Positions 16,531 through 24,726 of a stretch of DNA of 32,888 nucleotides are shown one piece after another. A program made the position numbers and the translations under genes. Each line of letters opens with the position of its first letter. The first letter of the stretch is position 1. The notes under the pieces are model-generated. The model was not told the DNA's origin and made no database searches. It saw nothing but the letters and a program-made list of their open reading frames with translations. Origin of the DNA: Deltaproteobacteria bacterium (GTDB lineage Bacteria; Myxococcota; UBA727; JABDBI01); NCBI GenBank assembly GCA_016764955.1, contig JAESQZ010000163.1:1-32888 (forward strand), in the 5' to 3' direction.

Positions 16531-17228
16531 AAGTGAAGCTTTTTGCAGATGGTGCAGATCTAAATGGCATGAAAGAAATGTATGCCAATCCGTTGATTAA
16601 GGGGTTTACAACCAATCCGACCTTAATGCGAAAAGCCGGCATTCAAGATTATCGAACATTCGCACGTCAAGTTCTTGAAGCCATACCTGATCGTCCGATT
16701 TCTTTCGAAGTATTCGCCGATGACTTTGATGACATGAAGCGCCAAGCGTTGGAAATCGCATCTTGGGGAAAAAACGTGAACGTAAAAATCCCAGTGACCA
16801 ATACCAAGAATCAGTTTGCTGGTCACTTGATTGAGTATCTTTCCAAAGAAGGAGTTTCTCTGAATGTAACTGCATTAATGTCTCTGAAACAAGTTGGGCA
16901 GGTGTCGGACTGTTTAGCACCTGAGACACCTGCGATTATTTCTGTATTTGCAGGGCGTATAGCAGATACTGGTGTTGATCCAATGCCCATGATGGCTGAG
17001 GCCGTCAAGATTATGCATGCCAAACCTAAAGCAGAATTAATTTGGGCAAGTCCACGGGAATTACTCAATATTTTTCAAGCAGATGCAGTAGGTTGTCATA
17101 TTATTACGGCCACTAATGATATTTTGAAAAAGCTCTCACTGGTTGGTAAAGATCTAGATCAGTATTCGCTCGAGACTGTTGAAATGTTCCATAGGGACGC
17201 CATGGTGGCTGGATACACAATTAACTAA
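16527..17228 (+). CDS. Transaldolase/fructose-6-phosphate aldolase family protein (short TalC/FSA-like type)
   Basis: KLFADGADLNGMKEMYANPLIKGFTTNPTLM and NVKIPVT (Schiff-base Lys context) in a ~230-aa protein. ATGA overlap with gmhB. Confidence 0.7.
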   Translation: MKVKLFADGADLNGMKEMYANPLIKGFTTNPTLMRKAGIQDYRTFARQVLEAIPDRPISFEVFADDFDDMKRQALEIASWGKNVNVKIPVTNTKNQFAGHLIEYLSKEGVSLNVTALMSLKQVGQVSDCLAPETPAIISVFAGRIADTGVDPMPMMAEAVKIMHAKPKAELIWASPRELLNIFQADAVGCHIITATNDILKKLSLVGKDLDQYSLETVEMFHRDAMVAGYTIN

Positions 17229-17242
17229 AAAGGAAACGATAG

Positions 17243-18244
17243 ATGTTTAAGAATGTATTAATCACTGGTGGCGCTGGTTATGTTGGTTGTGTATTGACTC
17301 GTCAATTGCTGGGTGCTGACTATGATGTGACTGTTTATGATGCGATGTATTTTGGACGCGACGGTTTGCCGGAACACTCAAATTTAAGAGTGATTGAAGG
17401 AGATATTCGAGACACCCCAAAACTAAAAAATGCTTTTGAGGGGATGGATATTGTCCTGAATCTAGCTTGTATTTCAAATGACCCTAGCTTTGATCTGGAT
17501 GAGAACCTAAGTAAAAGCATTAATTTTGATTGTTTTGAACCCATGGTTGTTGCTGCTAAGCAAGCTGGTGTAAAACGTTTTATTTATGCTTCTACAAGCT
17601 CAGTGTATGGAGTGAGTTCGGCACCTGACGTGACAGAAGAACATCCATTGGTACCTTTGACCTATTACAACAAGTTTAAAGGGCTATGTGAGCCGTTGTT
17701 GTTTAAGCATCAGTCACCTGAGTTTACTTGTGTGACGGTTCGGCCTGCAACTGTTTGCGGTTATAGTCCGCGGACTCGTTTAGACCTTTCAGTCAATATT
17801 TTAACCAACCATGCAGTTAATAATAACAAGATTACTGTATTCGGTGGTTCTCAGCTACGTCCTAGCCTGCATGTCAATGACATGGCAGACTTGTACAAAC
17901 TTCTATTAGAAGTTCCAAATGAAAAGATAGCTGGTCAGACATTCAATTCAGGTTACGAGAATCATAGCATCGCAGAGATTGCTGGGATGGTTCGAAAAGT
18001 AGTTTTAGAGGAGTTTCCCAAAAAAACAGATATTCCGATTGAGACAGTGCCAACGGACGATCTGAGATCCTACCATATTAATTCGGACAAGATTGCTCGG
18101 GTTCTCGGGTTTAAACCTAAACGCAACATTGAAGATGCTGTTAGAGACCTATGCAAAGCTTTTAAAGATGGCCAACTTCCAAATAGTTTCACGGATGATC
18201 GATACTACAATGTCAAAACCATGAAGAATCTAGATGCCAAATAA
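17243..18244 (+). CDS. NAD-dependent nucleotide-sugar epimerase/dehydratase (extended SDR)
   Basis: VLITGGAGYVGC, ASTSSVYG and YYNKFKG (YxxxK). AAGGAAA lies upstream of the ATG. Specificity is unknown. Confidence 0.7.
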   Translation: MFKNVLITGGAGYVGCVLTRQLLGADYDVTVYDAMYFGRDGLPEHSNLRVIEGDIRDTPKLKNAFEGMDIVLNLACISNDPSFDLDENLSKSINFDCFEPMVVAAKQAGVKRFIYASTSSVYGVSSAPDVTEEHPLVPLTYYNKFKGLCEPLLFKHQSPEFTCVTVRPATVCGYSPRTRLDLSVNILTNHAVNNNKITVFGGSQLRPSLHVNDMADLYKLLLEVPNEKIAGQTFNSGYENHSIAEIAGMVRKVVLEEFPKKTDIPIETVPTDDLRSYHINSDKIARVLGFKPKRNIEDAVRDLCKAFKDGQLPNSFTDDRYYNVKTMKNLDAK

Positions 18245-19229
18245 AGCTATTGCGCTTGTAACTGGTGGCGCCGGGTTTATTGGAAGCCACATGGTAGATT
18301 TGTTGATTGAAGAAGGCTGCGAAGTTCGAGTAATAGATAATTTATCAGGTGGTCGCGAAGAGAATCTTGCACACCATCATTCTAATGCCGTTACTTTAGA
18401 ACATCGAGATATTCGACAAATAATGCCAGGTGATGCGGTATTCCAAGGCGTGGATTATGTGTTTCATTTTGCTGGACTTGGAGATATCGTGCCATCTATT
18501 GAGCGTCCGCTCGAATATATGTCAGCCAATGTCCAGGGTACTGTACAAATGCTTGAGTGTGCGCGTTTTGCAGGTGTTTCAAAATTTGTCTATGCGGCAT
18601 CTTCTTCGTGTTATGGGCTTGCCGATGTGCCTACCAGAGAAGATCATCTGATAGCACCGCAGTATCCCTATGCATTGAGTAAATATCAAGGTGAACAGGC
18701 CTGTTTTCATTGGCATCGTGTTTACGGCTTGCCAGTAAATTCGATTCGAATATTCAATGCCTATGGAATCAGATCTAGAACTTCGGGGGCTTACGGTGCT
18801 GTTTTTGGTGTTTTCTTAAAGCAGAAACTAGCAAGAAAGCCGTTTACAGTTGTAGGCGATGGGGCACAGTCCCGTGATTTCTTATATGCGTCTGATGTTG
18901 CAGATGCTTTTTATTTGGCAGCGATGACAAATCGGGCTGGTGAAATTTATAATCTTGGCGCAGGTAATCCGCAGACAATTAAATACTTGGTAGAGCTGTT
19001 AAATGGCCCTGTGGTGTATTTGCCAAAACGTCCTGGTGAACCGATGTGTACCTGGGCGAATACTTCCAAGATTCAAGCACACTTAGGATGGGCGCCCAAA
19101 GTAAGTTTTGAAGAAGGCGTTAAACGAGTAGTCGCAAATATTGATTATTGGCAAAAGGCGCCTCTGTGGAATCCAGATAGCATCGCGGGTGCGACAAAGA
19201 CATGGTTTGATATGCTAGAGGGGGCGTAG
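18234..19229 (+). CDS. NAD-dependent nucleotide-sugar epimerase/dehydratase (extended SDR, GalE/UXS-like)
   Basis: ALVTGGAGFIGSHMVDLL, AASSSCYG and PYALSKYQGE (YxxxK). Specificity is unknown. Confidence 0.7.
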   Translation: MPNKAIALVTGGAGFIGSHMVDLLIEEGCEVRVIDNLSGGREENLAHHHSNAVTLEHRDIRQIMPGDAVFQGVDYVFHFAGLGDIVPSIERPLEYMSANVQGTVQMLECARFAGVSKFVYAASSSCYGLADVPTREDHLIAPQYPYALSKYQGEQACFHWHRVYGLPVNSIRIFNAYGIRSRTSGAYGAVFGVFLKQKLARKPFTVVGDGAQSRDFLYASDVADAFYLAAMTNRAGEIYNLGAGNPQTIKYLVELLNGPVVYLPKRPGEPMCTWANTSKIQAHLGWAPKVSFEEGVKRVVANIDYWQKAPLWNPDSIAGATKTWFDMLEGA

Positions 19230-19233
19230 GGAA

Positions 19234-20793
19234 ATGGACACAGAGAGCAGAGATCTACTTGCTCACAAGATCAAAACTGTTGATCAGCTCTGTGAGTTAA
19301 TAGGAGCTCGTCCTCGGAAAAAGAAAGTAATCATGTGTCATGGAACATTCGATGTGGTTCATCCAGGACACATTAGACATCTGTTATATGCAAAAACGAA
19401 GGGCGATATACTCATTGCTAGTTTGACGGCTGATGAGCATATCGTCAAAGGAAATGTTCGACCTTATGTGCCAGAAGATTTGAGAGCGATGAATCTAGCC
19501 GCGCTGGAAATGGTCGACTACGTGATTATTGATCGACAAGCGACACCCCTGCAAAACCTGAGTGCTATAAAACCCGACTATTTTGCTAAGGGTTATGAGT
19601 ATTCCGCTGGAGCCCTTCACCCTAAGACTCAAGAGGAGGTGACGGTTTTAGAAAATTACGGTGGTGAAATCATCTTTACACCAGGGGATATTGTCTATTC
19701 GTCTTCGGCATTGATTGAATTAGCGCCACCGGAGATAGCTACTGAAAAATTGATGACTCTCATGCAAGCAGAGAATATTAGCTTTAAAGACCTATATGCT
19801 ACGCTCGAACGATTTAGGGGAATCAAAGTACATGTTGTGGGAGACACGATTGTTGATAGTTATTCCCATTGCAATGTAATTGGTGGCATTACAAAGACGC
19901 CAACAATGAGCGTGTTGTTCCAGGAAAGGACTGATTATGTGGGCGGTGCAGGAATTGTGGCCAAACACCTTCAAACTGCTGGTGCCCAAGTAACCTTTTC
20001 GACTGTATTGGGTGATGATAAGTTGAAAGAGTTTGCTTTGAAAGATTTGGAAGCGGCTGGTGTGCAAGTATGCCCCATTATCGATACAACACGACCCACT
20101 ATTAACAAAAATGCGATTGTGGCAGGGGGATATCGGTTGCTCAAAGTGGACACATTGGACAATCGATCTATTTCTGACAAGCAGATTGAGATTTTGAAAA
20201 AACAAATCGCTGAAACTAAGACAGATACAGTCATATTCAGTGACTTTCGTCATGGTATATTCAATCGTCACACGATTCCAAGCCTTGCTTCGGCCATTCC
20301 AGAAGGTGTATTTAAGGTTGCAGATAGCCAAGTGGCCAGTCGTTGGGGTAATATTCTTGAATTCGAAGAATTTGACCTGATTACGCCAAACGAACGTGAA
20401 ACCCGATTTGCTTTAGGTGATCAGGATTCTGTTATTAGACCTATGGCGCTTGAGTTATTCAAGCGTTCAAAATGTAAAACTCTGATTCTTAAATTGGGAG
20501 AGCGCGGTACAATCACGTACCGTTCTAAGGCATTGGTCGATTATCGAGCATTTTTCGCTATCGATAGTTTCGTTGAGCGTTTGGTAGATGCAGTAGGTGC
20601 CGGTGATGCACTATTGGCCTATTCTACACTGGCCATGATACGAACTGGAAATGAGGTCATGGCCTCTATATTAGGCGCTATGGCTGCAGCAGTTGAATGC
20701 GAGCATGATGGAAATGAACCTGTGATGTTGGAAGCAGTCAGGAAGAAGATTCACCGTGTGGAAACACACGCATTGTATCACTACGATGGATAA
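19234..20793 (+). CDS. hldE: Bifunctional heptose-phosphate kinase/nucleotidyltransferase, HldE-like, with inverted domain order (nucleotidyltransferase N-terminal, PfkB kinase C-terminal)
   Basis: aa ~30-160: VIMCHGTFDVVHPGHIRHLLYAK is the HxGH cytidylyltransferase-like fold. aa ~190-519: VHVVGDTIVDSY...GGAGIVAKHL and DAVGAGDALLA form the PfkB/ribokinase signature. Confidence 0.75.
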   Translation: MDTESRDLLAHKIKTVDQLCELIGARPRKKKVIMCHGTFDVVHPGHIRHLLYAKTKGDILIASLTADEHIVKGNVRPYVPEDLRAMNLAALEMVDYVIIDRQATPLQNLSAIKPDYFAKGYEYSAGALHPKTQEEVTVLENYGGEIIFTPGDIVYSSSALIELAPPEIATEKLMTLMQAENISFKDLYATLERFRGIKVHVVGDTIVDSYSHCNVIGGITKTPTMSVLFQERTDYVGGAGIVAKHLQTAGAQVTFSTVLGDDKLKEFALKDLEAAGVQVCPIIDTTRPTINKNAIVAGGYRLLKVDTLDNRSISDKQIEILKKQIAETKTDTVIFSDFRHGIFNRHTIPSLASAIPEGVFKVADSQVASRWGNILEFEEFDLITPNERETRFALGDQDSVIRPMALELFKRSKCKTLILKLGERGTITYRSKALVDYRAFFAIDSFVERLVDAVGAGDALLAYSTLAMIRTGNEVMASILGAMAAAVECEHDGNEPVMLEAVRKKIHRVETHALYHYDG

Positions 20794-21688
20794 TATTATT
20801 GTTGGACTCGGCGTTCAAGGGATGAAGCGGCTTTGTGTTGCTGGTAAGGAAGTGGTTGCAACCATTGATCCTGTACACCCTAAAGCTGATTATCGGTCAG
20901 TGATGGATGTTCCTTTAAATAACTACGAGGCAGCTTTGGTTTGTACACCAGATGATGCCAAAATAGAGCTGCTGACTTATTTGTTGAGCAATGGCAAGCA
21001 TGTTTTAGTAGAAAAACCTTTGCTGACACGAGACAATAGTGAGCTTATTCGGCTGCAAGAACTTGCAAACTCCAAGCAAGTTGTTTGCTATACAGCGTAT
21101 AATCATCGATTTGAACCGCATTTTATGCGGATGAAGCATTTAATTGAGTCAGAGGAACTGGGTCAGATTTATTGCGCACGATTGTTTTATGGCAACGGGA
21201 CTGCTCGCTTGGTTCGAAACTCGTCGTGGCGTGATCAAGGTGGTGGCGTATTGCCCGATCTGGGTTCACATCTGCTCGATACGGCGTTGTTCTGGTTTGG
21301 AAAACCATCAGCTCGGTTTGATGTTTATTCAGCGAATCGTTTTGAAAATCGTTCTTTTGACCATTTTTCATTTGGCTCAAAAGGGTCACCTTTGCTGCAA
21401 TTTGAAATGACTTTGCTTAGCTGGCGCAATCATTTCTACGCCGATGTCTTCGGGGAATATGGCAGCGCACATATCCAATCACTCTGTAAATGGGGACCGA
21501 GTAGTTTTATTCGGCGTTTTAGAAATCTACCCAGTGGAAGACCTGACGAAGAATCCAATACTTTGGTTCAGCCAGACCCCACTTGGGAGCTTGAATATAA
21601 GCATTTCAAAGAGCTTTGTTTGAATGGGAAAAGCAATATCAAAAATGATATTTGGATTAACACTATGCTCAAGGATTTAATGCAATGA
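20786..21688 (+). CDS. Gfo/Idh/MocA-family NAD(P)-dependent oxidoreductase
   Basis: MDNIIVGLGVQGMKR, PDDAKIELLTYLLSNGKHVLVEKPL and the YNHRF pattern. ATG 20786 overlaps the hldE stop by 8 nt. The ORF track opens earlier, at 20756. Confidence 0.7.
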   Translation: MDNIIVGLGVQGMKRLCVAGKEVVATIDPVHPKADYRSVMDVPLNNYEAALVCTPDDAKIELLTYLLSNGKHVLVEKPLLTRDNSELIRLQELANSKQVVCYTAYNHRFEPHFMRMKHLIESEELGQIYCARLFYGNGTARLVRNSSWRDQGGGVLPDLGSHLLDTALFWFGKPSARFDVYSANRFENRSFDHFSFGSKGSPLLQFEMTLLSWRNHFYADVFGEYGSAHIQSLCKWGPSSFIRRFRNLPSGRPDEESNTLVQPDPTWELEYKHFKELCLNGKSNIKNDIWINTMLKDLMQ

Positions 21689-22916
21689 GAATCGGATTTA
21701 CTGGCATGACCCATCTTGGTCTTAACTCTGCGGTCGCAGCAGCTGAAAAGGGCTTTGAAGTCGTCTGTCATGATTCAGATCCAGTTCGAATATCAAATCT
21801 TGCACAACATGAATTGCCTGTGGTTGAGCCAGGTCTTCTCGAGCTTTTGAAAAAGAACATCGATAGATGTGCATTTGCGACAGATGTGGGTGATTTAAGA
21901 GCTTGCGATGTTGTGTATATCGCTCCCGATGTACCGACTAATGATCTGGGTCAAAGTGATTTGGAGCCTATTACAAGCTTGGTCTGCCAAATGGATGAAG
22001 TGCTTCGGCCAGAAACCATCTTGGTTATTTTGAGCCAAGTTCCTCCAGGTTTTACCAGGCGGTGTTTGGGCTCTAGGAGATCTCTGTTTTACCAAGTCGA
22101 GACGCTTATTTTTGGGCGTGCTATTGAGCGGGCACTTTATCCTGAACGTATTATTGTCGGGTGTTTGAATCCAGGTGATCCACTGCCGGTGATTTTTTCG
22201 AGATTTCTCGAAAGCTTTCGATGTCCCATTTTGCCTATGCGCTACGAGAGCGCAGAACTTGCCAAGATTTCTATCAACATGTGTTTGGTTGCCTCAGTGA
22301 GTGTCGCCAATACATTGGCTGAGCTATGTGAAAATATTGGAGCCAACTGGTCAGAAATAGTGCCTGCACTGAAACTCGATAAACGTATTGGCCCACATGC
22401 TTATCTTGCACCTGGCCTAGGAATTGCAGGTGGTAATCTGGAGCGAGACTTAAAGACGGTGTGTAACTTGGCAGACCAGCATGGCAGTGATGCGGGTGTT
22501 GTTCGTGCTTGGATGGCCAACAGCACTTATAGACGCGACTGGGTCCTGCGTACGCTTCATCGTGAGATTTTAGCTGTTATGAACGATCCGGTGATTACAG
22601 TGCTGGGGCTTGCCTATAAACCAGATACGAATTCTATCAAAACTCAGCTTCTGTTGCATTGCTGAAAGATCTGAAGGCGTATCGCACACGGGTATTTGAT
22701 CCAGTTGTTCAGAATGAGGGGTCCAATGAACTAGACGCCTGTGAAGGGGCTGATGTTTTGATTCTCATGACACCCTGGGAACAATTCGCCAAGCTGGATC
22801 CGATCCAAATACAACGAAAGATGCGGGGTAGATTAGTTATTGATCCCTATGGCGTCCTAAACGCTGAATCCTGCCATACAGCTGATCTTCAATATTTTAC
22901 TTTGGGAGTGACATGA
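21685..22916 (+). pseudogene. UDP-glucose/GDP-mannose dehydrogenase-family gene, interrupted by a 1-nt deletion and lacking the catalytic Cys
   Basis: ORFs 21685-22665 and 22659-22916 join into one family-typical protein if an A is added to the A4 run at 22639-22642. The junction then reads GLAYKPDTNSIK-NSASVALLKDLKAYRTRVFDPVV. The active-site block reads PGLGIAGGNLERD where the family has PG.GFGGSC.PKD, so Asn replaces Cys at 22435-22437. Confidence 0.7.
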
Positions 22917-23731
22917 CAATTCAAAATCGTGTGGTAATTTTAGGCAGCAGAGGCTTTGTGGGTGGGGCACTTTGTAAGCAGCTCGAAGCAGTAGGTACTC
23001 AGGTGGTTGCTCCAGCATCTATGGAGATAAACCTGGCTGAAACAGGTTGCATTGATAAACTGCTTGCATTGCTAAAGCCATCTGATGCAGTTGTGATGCT
23101 CGCAGCGCTCACGCCAGACAAAGGTCGTGATATTGCAACATTGATGAAAAATTTAGCCATGATGCAGAATGTATGTGCTGCACTTGGTCAATCTGCTTGT
23201 GCCCATTTTACCTACTTTAGTTCCGATGCCGTCTATGATTCTGCGTTAAGCCTTGTAGGCGAGGATACGCCAGCTTCTCCACAGGATCTCTATGGTGTCA
23301 TGCATTATACGCGTGAGATTATGGCTAAAAGTCTAAAAATACCTGTTCTTATCCTGAGACCGACACTTATTTATGGTTTGGGTGATACGCATAACTCTTA
23401 TGGCCCCAATCGATTTCGACGAATGGCAGAGAAAACAGGTGAGATTACACTGTTTGGTGAGGGTGAAGACAAACGTGATCACATTCATATAGACGATGTT
23501 ATAGCTTTCACTTTATGCTGTCTGATGTCCAAGAAAACAGGCATACTAAACCTGGCTACTGGAGTCTCCAAAACTTTTTATGAAGTGGCTAAGAGTGTCT
23601 CAAAACAATTTGAGAACCCCATTAAGATTATAACCACTCCGCGTGTGAATCCAGTCACACAGCGTCACTATGATGTGACCCGTCTTATCAAAACATTTCC
23701 AGATTTTCGATTTAAAGGAGAAATTGCCTGA
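22913..23731 (+). CDS. Atypical extended-SDR, RmlD/GDP-fucose-synthase-like reductase or epimerase
   Basis: VVILGSRGFVGGAL and FSSDAVYD. The catalytic region reads LYGVMHYTRE, with His where the YxxxK Lys is expected. ATGA overlap with the upstream gene. Confidence 0.6.
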   Translation: MTIQNRVVILGSRGFVGGALCKQLEAVGTQVVAPASMEINLAETGCIDKLLALLKPSDAVVMLAALTPDKGRDIATLMKNLAMMQNVCAALGQSACAHFTYFSSDAVYDSALSLVGEDTPASPQDLYGVMHYTREIMAKSLKIPVLILRPTLIYGLGDTHNSYGPNRFRRMAEKTGEITLFGEGEDKRDHIHIDDVIAFTLCCLMSKKTGILNLATGVSKTFYEVAKSVSKQFENPIKIITTPRVNPVTQRHYDVTRLIKTFPDFRFKGEIA

Positions 23732-24720
23732 TGTCACGATATGCAATCATTGGTGGAGGAGGCGTATTTGCTATTCATTTTGCAAAATATTTGCTTGAGC
23801 AAAACAGCACGGAATCCGTTCTTTCTATTGGCCGAAATCCACCCAAATCTTCTGCGTTTACGTTGGATATAGGTAAAGAGGATAGTCGTTTCAAATACGA
23901 ACAAGTTCATCTTGTTTTTGAGCAAGATCGCTTATTTGAGTTATTTGATCAGATGCAGCCTAAATATATAGTTAATTTTGCCGCTTTGGCGTATGCCACC
24001 TCGTGGGAGAAGTCCTTTCGCTATTATGAAACAAACGTCGTTGCTGTGGCTAAGATGTGTGAGCAGCTAATGAAAAGAGACTACTTGGAGCGCTTTATTC
24101 AGATAGGCACTTCAGAATTATATGGATCTGTGACTAAACCTGCAGATGAAGATTATCCCATACAGCCAACAAGTCCCTATGCAGTCTCAAAACTTGCGGC
24201 TGATATGCACCTTGAAACTCTGTGGCAGGTGAAAAAATTTCCGATGAATATTATTCGCCCATCGAACGCCTATGCTCCAGGGCAATTGATGTATCGCATA
24301 TTGCCACGGGCTGTGTATGCGGGGCTAACGGGACAGAAATTACCACTTCAAGGTGGTGGCTTGGTGAAAAAATCATACATGCATGCCTACGACCTGGCGC
24401 GAGCCATCGATTTGGTTATGAAGAAGGCGCCATTTGGGAAAATTTATAATGTAGGACCTCAAGAACCTGTTTCGATTCGGCACTTAGTTCGGCTGATTGC
24501 AGAGGGTCTTGGGATGGAGTTAGATCAGTTGGTTGACATAACGCCTGGGCGCGTCGGTGAAGACTCACAGTATTGGCTAGATAGCAGTAGGATTCAGAAC
24601 GAATTGGGCTATCGAGAAGCTATTTCTATCGAAAGAGGCATTCAAGACATGATTGACTGGGGCAAAAGATATCTCCCCTTATTACATAACGAACCGATGG
24701 AGTTTGTTCTTCGAGCTTAG
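23731..24720 (+). CDS. NDP-sugar 4,6-dehydratase, GDP-mannose-dehydratase-like
   Basis: IIGGGGVFAIH, IQIGTSELYG (the T-S-E triad seen in GMD, which has ASTSELYG) and SPYAVSKLAADMH (YxxxK). The family includes GDP-mannoheptose 4,6-dehydratases (DmhA/WcbK). The substrate is inferred from the heptose context. Confidence 0.65.
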   Translation: MSRYAIIGGGGVFAIHFAKYLLEQNSTESVLSIGRNPPKSSAFTLDIGKEDSRFKYEQVHLVFEQDRLFELFDQMQPKYIVNFAALAYATSWEKSFRYYETNVVAVAKMCEQLMKRDYLERFIQIGTSELYGSVTKPADEDYPIQPTSPYAVSKLAADMHLETLWQVKKFPMNIIRPSNAYAPGQLMYRILPRAVYAGLTGQKLPLQGGGLVKKSYMHAYDLARAIDLVMKKAPFGKIYNVGPQEPVSIRHLVRLIAEGLGMELDQLVDITPGRVGEDSQYWLDSSRIQNELGYREAISIERGIQDMIDWGKRYLPLLHNEPMEFVLRA

Positions 24721-24726
24721 CTAAGT

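Noticed and set aside
19792-20331. A long antisense ORF (179 aa) inside the hldE-like gene. Similar minus-strand ORFs lie at 7069-7449, 4329-4652, 28508-28837, 29012-29350, 16606-16929 and 32583-32873.
   Set aside because: Each lies wholly opposite a plus-strand CDS with strong family motifs. Their translations are low-complexity and show no recognisable motif. They lack convincing RBS or start context. They are shadow ORFs.
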